A DNA stretch of 64,000 nucleotides from Lama glama (lineage: Eukaryota), in contig CM052816.1 of NCBI GenBank assembly GCA_028534125.1, positions 85,314,001 through 85,378,000 of the forward strand. Direction: 5' to 3'. Every line of letters begins with the position of its first letter. Within the stretch, counting starts at the first letter, position 1. The notes below the pieces were generated by a model that worked only from the letters and a program-made list of their open reading frames with translations, searched no databases and was not told the origin of the DNA. The position numbers were made by a program, and so were the translations under genes. Positions 38,144-52,592 of this stretch are shown in pieces.

Positions 38144-39974
38144 TAAGTTTATCTTCTAAAATTTTATGTGATAAAAACAACTAGATAATAGAAATTGGGG
38201 ACAAATAAATGTATGGCTTATAGCTGATGATAATATTTCTTGTTTGAATTAGAAAGTTATCATTATTTTTATAAAATTTTGGTGTGTAATGTACAAAACT
38301 AATTCCATACCCTTGAACAATGGGCAGTATGCAATATGTTATCAAAAACATTATTTTTTAATTCCCACAAATGATATCCACCTCTTTTAATTTAAAGATG
38401 TATTTGCTGAACAAATGAGAAATCATCATTAATAATTCTACTGATAATCTAAACCCTCTGAATTGAAGGGGGCACTGACCTCAATCACTGTCTGCTTGTA
38501 GGAGGTAGAAAATATCATCTATTAACACCATAAAGGGATTTTTACTCTTGTTGAATTTAAGAAAGATCTTTGGCAGCACTCATCTGAAACACCTGCATTT
38601 GATTATGTGCTGAAAATATATTTTTTGGTAAATTCACAAAGACTTTATCTTATACTTTTATGATATATTATTAAAATTACCTATCCCTCTTTAAACCAGT
38701 TAAATTATTTTAAAAATTAGGTTATAGTCAACATCTATTTTTTCAAAAAAATACTCAGTAGAGCACAGCTTTCCATTGTAAGTAATATTATTTTACTATT
38801 GCTTTATCTAAAATCAAGAAATTATGCTAATAAAGGAAGCAGGAACTTATAATTCTCCTCAAGAGTATTCAAGGTATTTTAGCATGATGATTTGGTCTAT
38901 TTCACAGATTTTGTCTGAATTCCTAAAGAAAAGTAATCTTTTTTAAAAAAAATTTTACAAAGTCGGCTAACTATATAGACATATCTATTCAAGACATGTT
39001 AAAATTTGTTGTAGAATATGTCTTACTATCTTAAGGACCAAATATCAATATATGCCATGGTGATTTAGAACTGGAGAAGAAGGATTAAGATACATAATTG
39101 TAACATTAGTAATTTAAGTTTTAAAAAAAATCTACTTATGGTAGCATATGAATTCAAGAAATGCTAATCTTAAGGTAATGAAGCTATAATAAATTTGTTC
39201 AAAATCAATTTTGGATTAACTAAATATAAACTAAAGTTGAAGATGGTATTTTCTCTGATCTTCAAAGAGAACATGAATTAATTTTAACATAAATTTAGCA
39301 GATAAATTACGAGTGCCCACAGAAAAGCTCTGTGGTGATTATTATATAGTTGTGTTTTCATCAAGTCTGAGGATTTCTATAGGTCCTTGTCTTACTTAAA
39401 ATGAACAAAATAAATTATATGAATAATGAAAATACTACATGATAATTTGTACAACTATATCATAATGAAATACTTGAAAATGCAATTCCTTCCTTAAAGT
39501 GCATATTTGAAAAGAAATTACCATAATGACTTGTTTTGCTTATCTATGTTATGCTATGCATATAGGGAAAGTAGTATTCACTGGATAAATTGCCATTACT
39601 ATGAATAGATGATGATTTACATATATTTAGAAACACCAAATATTATATTAAAGTCAAATGTATGGCATATTTTTAGTTCCTAAAAATAATGTTTCTGCCA
39701 TTAAAATATGCTAAAGGTAGAAATAAAATTGACTGTATTGAAGATCATGGTTTGGAATTGCAATTAACATAGAAATAAATAAATATCTCTGCTCATTCCC
39801 CCTAGATAATAATAAAAGGGATAAAAGAAAAAAAACAGAAAAGAAAGCTGTGTCTCCCATGAGGCAGGGAAACAGAATTCTGACAAGAGGTTATATATGA
39901 AGAAGAAATGTTAAGTAATGTGAAATAAAGTCCCAGGAACAGGCAGATTATGCAGGAAGGAAGTATTTATGTGG

Positions 39975-40422
39975 AAATCTTGGACACAAACAAAAATAGT
40001 AAAAACAGATAAAATTTAAAACTCAGAAAAATTATACTATGAAACAGATATAAATTATAAACAATGGAGTGACATCATGGACTCCATAAAAATTTAAAAC
40101 TTTTGTGCATCACAAAATACTATCAAGAAACTAAAAAGACAACTTACAGAATAGGAAAACATTTACAAATTAAATATCTGATGAAAGTTTAATGTAAAGT
40201 ATTACAAGTTATCAACAAAAAGACAAATAACCCAATTAAAAAGTTGCAAAAGACTTGAATAGACATTTCTCAAAGAAGATACACAAAAGACCAACAAGTA
40301 TATGCAAAGATGTTCAACATTTTTGGCTATTAATGAAATACACATCAAAACCACAATGAGATACCATACCACTTCAGGCTCACTAGAATGGCTACAATAA
40401 ATATAAAGGAAAATAGCAGTGG
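39975..40422 (+). mobile_element. L1 ORF2 internal fragment
   Basis: AAAATTTAAAACTTTTGTGCATC, GACTTGAATAGACATTTCTC and CAAAACCACAATGAGATACC...CACTAGAATGGCTA. Confidence 0.88.
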
Positions 40423-41931
40423 TGTGTCTGCACCTTTCACCCTCCTGCTCATTTAATTAAAACAATCATTATCAGTCCTCACTCTCTTTCTATTCAGTTC
40501 CCATTCAGTTCACAGATTTTCAAGTTTCAGTGCTCCATGACTCCACAATCACCTGTTTGACAAATTACCCGTCTAATCTTGGAATTTATGACTCATATCT
40601 GTGGTCTCTACATTTGCTCAAGGAAACCTACAGTCTGCATAATCCAGCCACTTAACCACAGGAGCCCTTAGATTTCACTAACTCGTCCTCTTGTGATCAT
40701 TAGTCACCCACTGACAATGTACCCATCTATTTATTGATTCTTTTGAGCCCAATCTTCCATTGTCATGGTGGCCCATTCAATTCCTTCAGCCATGCAATGG
40801 CATAGAAAACCACTCCACATGAGCAGCCACTCTGTGTGTCTTATGAATGTCATCAGCAAGTATCATAAGGGGTAACCAGGCTGTTACTCATCAGCAAAGA
40901 ATCAGCAGGTAAACTGACACCATTCTCTCAACATCCTGTTGAGAAATATGCTTGGACTGGGACACAACTGTGTACAATGTGGATCTGGAGTTCAATAGAG
41001 AGCCATCCCTCTGTGACTCTTTCATTTTAGAAAACATGCTTGAGAGGTGGTGGTTGGGTTATGGGGAGACACTTGTTTGGGATTAAGCACCAAGCAATCT
41101 GAGATAAGAAATGTTCAGAACAAAGAAAACTTAATTTTGGTGCCATGGGAAGTTGTGTCTAGGCAGGATTTGTAAGTGGGGAATTGAAAATTTTGTTGGT
41201 AGACAAACAGATGGTTGGTTCTGCAAAAAATTATATTTTTTCCAAATATTCCATTGTAGTATGTGAACTTGGTTTATTATTATTGTATTAAAATAACTGT
41301 GTATTTTAAGAATACATCAAAATGTTTATTATTTTTTAACTTCAGAAATTTTATTGAGTTTGAATTGCCTTTATGCTCTATAAATATCCACAATTCAGTA
41401 AAGGATTATAGACACTGAGAAGGTATATTTAAAATAAAAAGAATGAATTAAATTACTATACTTTTTAAGTACAGATTATAATTGAATGCACTTACATATT
41501 ATCAGCTTAAGCTCTGAGGCCTGATTATTCACAGGGTCTCCAATTTTTCACTTTATTTCTGTTCAATGAATCGGAAAACAGCATTGTAATGCAATGAGTC
41601 TAAATTCTTTTGCTTTTTGAACCATTTAAATGAGTGAAGGTATATTTACTCTAGCTATTTCTGTTGCATAAAGGCAGTGCTTTTGATAAGATATTGTAAT
41701 TTATTCATGTTAATTATAAATGTCATACAATAAAACATGTAATTTAGAGGCCAAGAGCCTAAGAACTAAGTCCTATTCATATGTAGGAAAATCTGTATCA
41801 CTATCTTCCAGAGATAATATTGAAAATAAACCCAAGTTCAATCTGTGACTCTAACATTTACCCTTCTTTGGAACAATTTTCTACATCTCTAAATTTTGTC
41901 TTTTAGACTAGCAACATGATTTTTATTGTAC

Positions 41932-42341
41932 TGTGTCATTAATGGTTCTCCAGAGAAACAGAACCAATAGGATGTGTACATATAGAGAAAGAGAAATTTA
42001 AGAAATTGCTCATGTGATTGGGAAGGCTATCAAAATCTTCCACGTGGGCCAGCAGACTGGAGATCCAGGGAAGAGTTAATGTTACAGCTTGAGTCCAAAG
42101 GCAGTCTGGAGGCAGAATTCCCTCTTCCTTGAAGGATCTCAATCTGTTTTCTGTTAAGGGTTTCAACTGATTGGAGGAAGCCCACTCACATTATGGAGGG
42201 GAATCTGTTTTACTTAAAGTTGCCGGATACAAAAGTTAATCTCATCTTAAAAATTCCCTCAGAATAACATCCAGACTGGTGTCTGACCAAATGTCTGTGC
42301 AGCAAGGCTCAGCAAGTTGACACATACAATTAACTATCACA
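41932..42341 (-). mobile_element. ERVL solo LTR (MLT2 family)
   Basis: GGTTCTCCAGAGAAACAGAACCAATAGGATGTGTA at one end and CAAGTTGACACATACAATTAACTATCACA at the other are MLT2 termini. Confidence 0.92.
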
Positions 42342-44424
42342 TATCCCTAATAATAAAGTAAGGTGGACTAATACATTCCTGATTTTCTTCCTTAGACCTT
42401 TAGTAGGCAGAGTTTCATGGGGATTCATAAACTTACAGATGACCCAGTTAGAGTTGATAGTGCCTTTGGCTGTATATGCTCAAAATAAGTCAGAGAGCAA
42501 CAGAAGGCACGAATGGCAAGCATATCTGTTGAAAAAGAAAAGAAAAAGGGAAAAAATTCAGAAATTACCAGGAAGGAAGAATTGTTAGAAATATGAGAGG
42601 GAATATGCCCATGTTAGGGAATCAAACTGTGCCAACAAAATTTGATCTTAGACAAAGTATGCATGATCAACTTTTATCTATCTTCCTTTTTTTATACTTC
42701 TGTATTATTTACATTTTCCTAGCATAGAAATAACTTTCAAGCCTTTGTGGAGTTTTTTGGATACATGAAAGGTTGATATCAAATGAATTAAAACTCTAGT
42801 GATTAGGTACTTCATGTTGAAACTAAGCTAGAATGTTTGTGGAAGCTCTTGCCTAAATAGTAGGAGAGAGTCCTTTCTCCATGCCAGACAATAAATAAAA
42901 CGATTCATTTTATGATTGAAAGATTTGAACCTCAGTCAGACACAATTCACATGATTTTTATAAAAAATTATTTTCCCTTTTGTTGTTTCACTTAAGATAG
43001 TGCTGGCTCAGACTTATGCTGTTTTTCTTTCCTTTAGTTGTTGCACGTATCCGAGCCATGACAATCCCTTCTGTTATGAGTGGCAGACAAAAAGGGATTC
43101 ATTCATTGCGATATTCCATGGAGGTGTTCTTTCTACTTTGATTGGTAGAAGCAGAAGAAACCACTCAGACTAGTATTTTTAAGAAAAAATTGGCTTACTA
43201 GATTTGCGTAAAATGGTAACATTCAATGAGAATGTTGTGTGTGTTGTTGATATTAAATAGTGCATTCTCCCATCTAGCTACCTTTTCCTCCTGATTCTTG
43301 GTTGACACTCATTTGGTGGGTCTGCTTCTGCTTTCCAATATGTCTGTCTCTGAAAATAGTCTCAAAGAAAATTACTGGGAAGAAAATAGACTATTGAGTA
43401 GATCTTATAATTTTTGCCCAAATTTAAATTGTAAAGTTGTATTCATAATGGGGTACACAAGTTATTTAGTTTATCAAAGATAAGGCCAAATTATTTAATT
43501 ACAAAGTTTAAATCATCAACAGAAAAAAATGTAGTTTAAACTAACAAGCTTTCATTATCATCATCATAATCTTATGAAGTTCTTCTGTTGGAACAAGTCC
43601 GTTAGGTATCTGAAATCCACACATGTCCCAAAGGCCTTCTTTACTGTATAATCCCCTTGTGACATGAATGAGATCACCTAATCTAAGAATTAGCATTTTT
43701 CAGAGATGTGGACTTAAGCGCCCTCATTCACATTCACAGTTACTCCGGTAGTGATGTAGAAGAACACATGTGATGAAGACATCCCTGATCCACAGAAGCA
43801 TGTCTATTTGATCTTTATAAGCATTGATTTTTTTCTTATTTCTATATCAAACCTTTTACAGTATCATTTTTCTAGTCCATTAATATATTGACATAGCTTT
43901 AAATTATGTGATATATCTCACCCTGATGAGTATAAACTGTATTACTCATGCCTTATTTCCCTTCCATTTCTAATGCCCCCTCTATTTTGTTTTACCTTAT
44001 GCCCTCACTCTCCTCCTGATTTCTCAGGGTCCCGTCTTCCCCAACAAATTCTGTTACCTCCAGTGATCATTTCTAAGGACACAAATGATTGTGTCCACAA
44101 TTTCAGCTCTCAGAAATATTTAGTGGGCTTTTTATACTCTATTAAAGAAAAAAAATCCTACGCTCCTCACCATAAAACGTATGCTTTGTATTTTCTATGC
44201 CTCCATAGTCCCTTCAGTCAAATCCGTTTCTCAAGAATCGACTCTCACATATGTTATTGAATGGACATGGAACAAAGGGATTCCTACAGGGCTGGTGCTT
44301 CTCTACCAGGAATTTGTATTTTGGTCACAGTATTTTGAGCCAGTGTCATGAATATTCAACCTCAGAAGGCATATAGAAAACTGGAGTAGGCATTTTCCAT
44401 TGTTTGTGTAGAGAAACATTGAAC

Positions 44425-44660
44425 CATTAAGTAATATTTATTGAGCTGACAGTATGTGCCAAACACTTTAAATGATATTTAATACAATGGTGCCCTCAAA
44501 ATAGTTTCTCTCTTTTTAATCCAGTGTGGACATCCACTCTTTCAGCAGAGGGAAGAATGAAGTAATGACTAAGAGAGAAGAAAAAGTGACAGTGTTGTTA
44601 AGCAGGTGGAAAACTGTAGCCTGTTCTTTAGTTTCTGGTTGCTTTCCAGTTATGTCCCAG
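44425..44660 (-). mobile_element. MIR/L2-tail fragment
   Basis: AATATTTATTGAGCTGACAGTATGTGCCAAACAC. Confidence 0.5.
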
Positions 44661-45519
44661 TCTCTCGTTGAGTCTAGATTAACTTGTTTCCTTTATTTTT
44701 TGGTGAGATTTCAGAATCCCCTCTCACAGATGAGTCCATTGTCCATTTATCCAAAATAGGAGATGCAAGGTATTTCCAGTTTCTCGTACGTTGTTGTTTC
44801 CCTAATGCAGTGCACCTGCACTATTATAGCCAATGATGGGATATGAGTTGAACAGCTTTTTGACTTTAGGGCATTTGAATGTCCACTCATTTAAGAGTAC
44901 ATTATTTTGCAGCCAACTTTGATTTATGTCTCACAGTGTGCTACCTAATCAGCCAGCCTCATGCCATAAACTCCAAACCTTGAGTTATATTTCCCTCTTA
45001 AAATATTCTATTCCTTGGCAACCTGCCTCCTCTTTTCAGGTGCAAACATTTAAATGTAACTAATTAGCCATAAGAGAATATTAGAGAGTTACTGTGTTGA
45101 GACATAGAGACACTTAATGATTTGGGGGATAAACACAAAGGATAGTAAACCTATGAAATTAAATACATCTTGGTGAAAAGTGAGTAAGTCTTGATGATCA
45201 GAGATCATAAGCCTAACAAAGATACTCTCTTATTTAATTTTTTAAAAAATTTGTTTTCTTACAACCAAATGATTCCTGACTGCAGTGATATTTTTCATTG
45301 TCACCTTATTACTGTTAAGATAATATATGTACTCCATAAAACAAATTAGGAGCACCACAGTACTTACCTCTCTGATACAACATCCCCACAGAGATGCTCT
45401 CTCACTATCTATCCCTTTTCACTAACACAAATCCTACCTACACTGAAATTAGCTCATTTTTCTAGTCATTGAGTTCACCTACGATGCATGTTTTATCTGT
45501 TTCTGCTTGTTGACTGTGC

Positions 45520-45842
45520 TTTAATAGGATAACTTCTACTACTCATTTAATATATGGGTCTCATATTCTCCAGTTGCCTTCTTTGACTACACGGTTCTTT
45601 CCAATTTAAGTTCATAAATTTTTCTTACATGTCCTTCTTATGTACAGTTTATATTGCCTTCACCATACTTATATCATAACATTAATAAAATATTGAATAG
45701 ATTCCTTAATTTTTTTGCCCATTTCTGTCACTAGACTGGGGTGGTATGAAAAATGAATTCTATTCATTCTTGCATTATCTGTATAAAGTACATTTGGCAG
45801 ATATTAAACATTTGGTAACTATTTGTTGAATGTAAGAATGTT
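45520..45842 (+). mobile_element. L2 3' end
   Basis: TCTGTCACTAGACTG...TTGGCAGATAT...CTATTTGTTGAATGTAAGAATG. Confidence 0.6.
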
Positions 45843-45924
45843 CTGCCTCAGTTATATTGGTCTAGATAAAGTCACCCTTTTATCACGAGGTTCTAAATTG
45901 CTACCTTCAGTATTAACATTGCCC

Positions 45925-46050
45925 TGGATTTGAATTTCAGCATAGCAACTCACTGTAGGACTTTAGGCAAGCTTTTAATACCAATGAATCATAGCTTTAT
46001 CATCTATAAATATAAATAGCCAGTTTCTATTCTTTCATATTGTGAAAATG
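45925..46050 (+). mobile_element. MIR fragment
   Basis: CCTGGATTTGAATTTCAGC...GACTTTAGGCAAG...TTTATCATCTATAAA. Confidence 0.65.
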
Positions 46051-48643
46051 TGACCAAGCTACCAAAGATGGATAGGAGAGTGGAGGGAGGCAACGGCAAA
46101 TGTAAAGTACATAATGTAAAACTGAAAAGTAGCTGAAATACTATGCTAATTCCTATGTGGAGAGCCTTATTTTGTAAGATGTATAGTTATAATACAGTGA
46201 TGCAGAAGACAAAGGATACTGATGGATGGAAAGAGACTATATTAGGGAGTAAACAATAGAACAACGTTAACTGTACTTTTTCCCGTGTCTTTGTCCCACG
46301 CTCTTATTACTTCCTTATGCTGCTCTTACTGCTTATTGTATTCTTCACTTTGCTGACTTCCTCTAGGCGTGGCTAGTACTAGGTCTTTGTATAGACTGAG
46401 TTTTTTTCATTTTCCTTTGTTATATCTGCATATTCATCTTTAATTTCTTTGTCTTCCTCTTACACTTTCTGTTTTCTAAATTGTTAAGAATCAACTTAAG
46501 CATTATTATTAGTATGCATAAAATAAAATATGGAAAAGAATATTATGGTGAAAACATCTGTTTGTATACCACAATTCCCGAAGAATTTTCTTTCATCCCT
46601 ATATATTTAAAAGTTCAAGTATTTCATTTCCATAAATAAAGAATGGTTTATAGTTCATTAACCCCAAAAAGCTAGAATTATTTCAAAATAAAATCTGTAC
46701 GAATATTTAACATTTTTAATAGTCTAAAACTTTGGGTACACAAAAGTTGTTATTGAATTTTTTTCTTATTTCCGAGAGAGAAGGCTAATGGTCTGCAACA
46801 AAATAATTTTACCAATTTGGTGTTAAAAGAGTTAATACAGGTTTTAAATGATCATTTAGCATATAAAAGGATGTTTAACTTTATTAGTAATCAAACAATA
46901 CAAATTAAAATCACAAGGGGTGTCTGTAGTACTGATCCTGCCTGTAAATGTCAGTACTAAATATTTGGTAGCTGTCATTATTTCCATGTCTACAACTTCA
47001 TTCAGAGTCCGTATTGCTTACCAATTTCTTCACTTCCTAAGAAACCAAATCATGTTTTCTTTACTGAGGCTTCTCCAGATTATCCTCACATCTTTATTTA
47101 TCTTTATACTCCCTACTATTAATTTTAGATTATGTTATATGCCCTTCTTAGTTGGTAAAATCTTTATATATTTAGGACAACCTAGCTTATTTCCTTATAC
47201 TAAACAAATGTTGCTTGAATGACTAAGTAGCTTATCCATTTTAGTTGGCATGATTAACATTTTGAGTTAATTATTCCTCTTTCCTCAAGAGCTAAATCTC
47301 TATTCCTTGCTAATGGTGTCCCCAACTCCCAACATGCCAGTTAATTTTCTCCACATTTACACATAATAAACCTTCAATAAACCTCTTAGATTCTACTTAC
47401 TGTTCCCACAGTGACATGCACAGTAGCTGAGCAGTAGGGGAAATATTTCTATAAATATAATCCAAAGGTAATGCATTCTTACCTTACAGATTTCAACCTT
47501 CTTTCACATTATCATATATTTAATCTCCACAGAAATAAATGTTATTTTAAAAAAAGAAATATTATTGTTAACCTTATTCTGCAAAAGTAAAAAAGGGCAA
47601 CCTTAGTTATTTAAAAGTTCAAAACACACACTTATTTTCAGACCATCCTCTACCTCTGTAATGTGTGTAAATCTATCCAATGTATTAACGCACATGCACA
47701 TCTTTGAATCCTTTAGTCACTTATTTAGCTAAATCTTTACATCAAGAGAGCAAGTATGAATGATTGCTTCTCTGTTTTCTTTCAAATGATAACTATTTTT
47801 GATAATCTTTGTCAATATGAAAGTTTAACTGGGTTAAATTTCAATCTAAGTAATTAAGAGGTATCACTTTGGAAGTAATTAAAAGATAATTTATCCTAAT
47901 TATAAAATTAAACCACTGAAGCCTGTAACTTTATTATAGTGTCTAGTTTTATAACTAGATAAGGTGCTAATTATTTTAGGATGTAACAGCACTAGATCTG
48001 GTCAAAACTTCCTCAATGATTACAGAATCTTGTGAATAACAAGGTAATAAAATCCTTCAACTTTAGTGCAAATATGTGCTCTAAAAAAATATTCCAAGAC
48101 TCAAATTGGAGTCTAGAAATAGATGAGTTAGTGTAATGCCAAAAGCACATAAAGATAGATTCTGTAAATTTCCCACGAGAGGTGATTCATTATTTGACGA
48201 TGTCGATCAGGCAGATGTTACATTGGAGTTATTTCCTCTAGCTTCTCTCAATTATCCTTCACTTGCCATTATATGTGAGAAATACAGATTTTCTAGAATG
48301 ATATTCCTGTCTAATGTTCATCTTTTGCTCTCAGTTCCTGGGGCTTTGAACATGTATGCATCTATTTTTGCAAGGAAATGATGGCGTAATTAATTTTTGA
48401 ATAGTAATGTTCTCTGAGTAACTATTATCTCTGAGTAATTATTCAGTAAATAACCATCTAGCATTATTCAGAACTGCATATATTTGCGAGAGGAACAGTT
48501 ATACTTTAAAGTCTTGTCTGAGGCACATCAACACATTACGAGTGAATTATTTTATGTGTGTTAAGTCTATATTTGTTTACAATTTCAGCTTTTATTTCAT
48601 TGTATTAAGGATATTTGTCATGTTCATTATTACCCATGCCTAG

Positions 48644-50905
48644 GATTTTTTTTTTATTTCTGTGAAAAAAGGTATTGAGATTTGGATATGAATAGCATTT
48701 AATCTGTTGATCGATTTGGATAGTGTGGAGATTTAAGCAATACTAAGTTCTTCAATCAAGGGATGTCTTTCTATTTATTTATGTCTTCTTCAGTTTCTTT
48801 CATCTATATTTTGTACTTTTGAGTGAACAAGTCTTTCACTTCCTGGTTAAGTTAATTCCTAAGGATCATATTCTTTTTGATTCCACTACAAATGAGGTTG
48901 TTTTCTTGATTTCCTTTTAGGTAGTTTATTGTTAGTTCACAGAAACACAACTGATTTCTAAAAATATGCAAGATTTTGTATCTTGCAACTTGACTGAATT
49001 CATTGATCAAATAAAATAGTATTTTTGTGGGTTTTGTACATATAAGAACAAAACATCTGCAAACATATAATTTTACTTCTTCCTTCCCAATTTGGATGTC
49101 TTTTCTTTCTTTCTTTTTTTTTTTTTTTTACCTAATTCCTCTGGCTAGGACGTTCAGTACTATATTGATTAGAAGTGGTGAGAGATTAGAAGTTGCCTTG
49201 TTCATTATCTTAGAGGGCATGTTTTCAGTTTTTCACCATTAAGTATGATGTTAGCTATGAACTTTTCATATATGAAATGTTGACAGTTTTTCTTAAAAGT
49301 CTTGACTTTTGTCAAATGCGTTCTCTGAGTCTATCGAGATGATCATATGATTTTTATTCTTCATTCTGTTAATGTGATATGTCATATTAGTATGTTGGAC
49401 CATCCTTTTATCCCAGTGATAAATCCCACTTCATCATGATGTACAATTCTTTTAATGTGATGTTGTATTTGATTTGCTAATTTAGATCCACAAAAAACTC
49501 CAAATAGCCAGAACATTCTTGAGAAAGAAGAACAGAGCTAGTCATCACATTTCCTGATTTCAAAATACACTACAAAGCTAGAATAATTAAAGCAATGTGT
49601 TATTGAGGTAAAAACAGACAAAATTACTCAGTAAAACAGAGAGTGCAGAAGTAAACCCATGAATATGGCCAATTGATCTTTAAGAAGAGTGCTGAGAATA
49701 TACAATGTAGAAAAGCAATTCTTTTCAATAGCAGAGGGAAAACTGGATATCCACATGCAAAAGAATGAAACCAGATGCTTATTTTACATCAAAAACTAAG
49801 ATCAACTCAAGATGAATTAAAGACTTAAATGTAAGACATGAAAGTAAATATTCCTAGAAGAAAACATTGGGGGAAAATCTTCATGACATTATTGACAACA
49901 GTTTCTTAGATGACACCAAAACACAAGCAACAAAAGCAAAAAAAAAGACAATTGGGACAATATACTTAAAAGCTTTTGCACAGCAAAAGAATCAATCAAC
50001 AGAGTAAATAAAATCCTATGAAATGGAAGAAAATATTTGCATACCTTGTATGGAATTATCTCTAAAATGCATAAGTAACTCCTATAATTCAATAGCAGAA
50101 GAACCAATGACCCCATTTAAACAACAGGGAAAAGATTAGAATAGACACTTCTCCAAAGAATACATACAAATGACCCCAGATACATGAAGCTACACCAAAC
50201 ATGACTAGTCATGATGACTTATCAAGCAAAAGAATAAAAAAAAATAAAAACTGTTGATGAGAATGCAGAGATATTGGAATGTTTGTATGCTATTGGTGGA
50301 AACATGAAATGACACAGTTGCTATGGAAAAGAGTATAGAGTTTCCTCAAAAATTAAAAGTAGAACTACCATATGATTCAGAAATCACATTTCTGGGTGTA
50401 TATCCAAAAGAATTGAAATCAGAATCTCTAAGCATTTTCTACACTCCCATGTTCATTGCAGCATTATTCACAATAGCTAAGACATGAAAATAAACTAAAT
50501 GTCATTAATGATGAATGGATGAAGTCTATGGGGTACACACATGCAATGTAACATAATTTATCCTTAAAGAAAAAAAAGAAAATCCTGCCATATGTGATAA
50601 CATGAATGAATCTGGGGGATATTATGCTAAGTGAAATAAGACTGTTACAAAAGGAAAAATGCTGAATAATTGCCATTATATGAGGAATTTAAAACAGTCA
50701 GTCAGAAACGTAGTTGAATGGTGGTACACCAGGAATGGGGAAAGAAAGATAAGGGGAGTTGCGGTTCGGTGGGTATGCAGGTACAGTTATGCAAGGTGAA
50801 TGAATTCTAGATGTCTGCAATTAACAGTTTCTATTAAAAATTTAAAAATGTCAAGAGTAGATCTCATGTTAAGTGTTTTTTTCCCAATAATAGTAATATA
50901 ATAAG
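48644..50905 (+). mobile_element. 5'-inverted L1 (L1MA8-10-like): ORF2 antisense ~48644-49480, then sense ORF2 end and 3' UTR
   Basis: The antisense block ends TTGTATTTGATTTGCTAA and the sense block starts TTTAGATCCACAAAAAACTCCAAATAGCC. The 3' UTR contains AGAGTAGATCTCATGTTAAGTG. Flanking repeat CCCA(T/C)GCCTAG at 48633-48643 and 50909-50919. Confidence 0.92.
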
Positions 50906-51434
50906 TCTCCCACGCCTAGCCCAGAACTAATGCAGAAAGTTACTTATTGAAATTTTTGTATTTACTGAGTATGGTTTTAGCAGAGAGTTAGTGGTCTCTG
51001 ATGCCACTAAACGTAGGTATTCATCTTGAATTTCATACATGCTAAAATATACATCTTATGGAAATACCAATTAAAGCATATTTCAGAAAGGAACAGCAGG
51101 GTAGAAATTAGGCCAATCCTGATCTAGCTAAAGTTATAGAACAAAAACCAAACTGTAAATCAGGACATCTGTTTCCTAGAAGTAGCTGAAGCTAATTTCT
51201 GAAATAGGAATGCTCCGTGTTCTCACTTATACTTGAGGCTCTTGGCCCAACATATCTCCGATCATCTTTCCCATATGATTTTAGTTTTGTAGAATCTTGT
51301 GATTTTCCTTATCAACACAAAAGTTATTTTTACAAAGCGATTTCGAATTGAATTTGCTGAACTTCGTATTGGTCATATGAGCAAATCTCTGTCATAAAGC
51401 AGTATGTTTAGACACTTTAGCTATTTCTCCTAAG

Positions 51435-51665
51435 TCCTCCTTTGAAAGAGTATGAAGAGTATGGACTTTGAAGTATGAAAATGTGTTTAAACCATGGCTC
51501 TGCTGCATGTCTGACATTAAATTACATTGAACAACTTACCCTACTGAGACTAGCTTTCATCTCCAAAGTCAGAAAAAGAAGGGATAAATTTTAGAGGGAT
51601 TGTGAAGAGTAGCAGTAATCTATATGAAATGAATATTATAATGCCTAACATAACATAAACTGTAG
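51435..51665 (+). mobile_element. MIR SINE
   Basis: AAGAGTATGGACTTTGAAGT...GGCTCTGCTGC...AGGGATTGTGAAGAG...ATAATGCCTAACATA. Confidence 0.7.
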
Positions 51666-52084
51666 TGTTATAAACAATTATCAAAATTAATAATCTGTAG
51701 TAAATGTATAGAGGTGACTTGAAGATTGAATCCTTATAAAAACTAAAGTATTTGGTTTGGATAAAGAAACTCTATCTGAATAACCTTAAGAATTAATAGT
51801 TATTAGAATATCTATACAAGACAATTTTACCTATGTTATCGTATTCAGCATCACGATATGTTATGAGTAGCTATTTGGAATAAAATCAATAAAAGCAGCA
51901 ATTCACCATATACAGCTCATCTCCCTGGAGCATGTACTCCCCACCGGAATCTGTGTTTATTCCCTACCTAGTCCCTTCAGGGAGCTGCTTTTTATGTTAT
52001 GTTCGGAATTTATAGTTATTATCTGCAGGAAGGTCTGCCTGATAAGACCTTACTCAGCTCTCACTAGGGGCAGAATTTCCACTG

Positions 52085-52592
52085 ATCTATTCTTGAAATG
52101 TAAATTTGATCATCCTTAAAAACCACCAACGGCTTCACATTGTTCTTAGGATAAAGCTCAAAGTATTAGATCTGCCTGGCTCTTAATAATTCTAATACAG
52201 CAGAGGCTTTTGCTGCCCTCCCTGCAGCTCACTGTGACTCATTTACACTGGTCTTCTCTTTTCCTTTAATCTCCTTTCGTCTCTCTGACTATGGCTTTCA
52301 CTTATGTAGTTCGATTTATACAAATTTCTTTCTTTTTCTTCTCCACCTAACTGCTATGTTGAAGTGCAATTTTCTCAAAAAGGCCAACACTGTCCTCCCA
52401 TTCAAGGTTAGGATTCATTCATAAGTTTTCTAAAAGCACTTTATAATTTTTCTTTAAAACTGTGGAATTACTTATGTAATCCGTTATAGCTACATGTTTA
52501 GGTGTGTGTTCAGTCATTGCAAGGAGCATATTTCTCATATGCAGTGGTTCTCACACAGTAAAAGTACAATCAATATTTGTGGAATGAATGGA
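52085..52592 (+). mobile_element. L2 3' region
   Basis: CTTAAAAACCACCAACGGCTTCACATTGTTCTTAGGATAAAG...CACAGTAAAAGTACAATCAATATTTGTGGAATGAATG. Confidence 0.75.
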
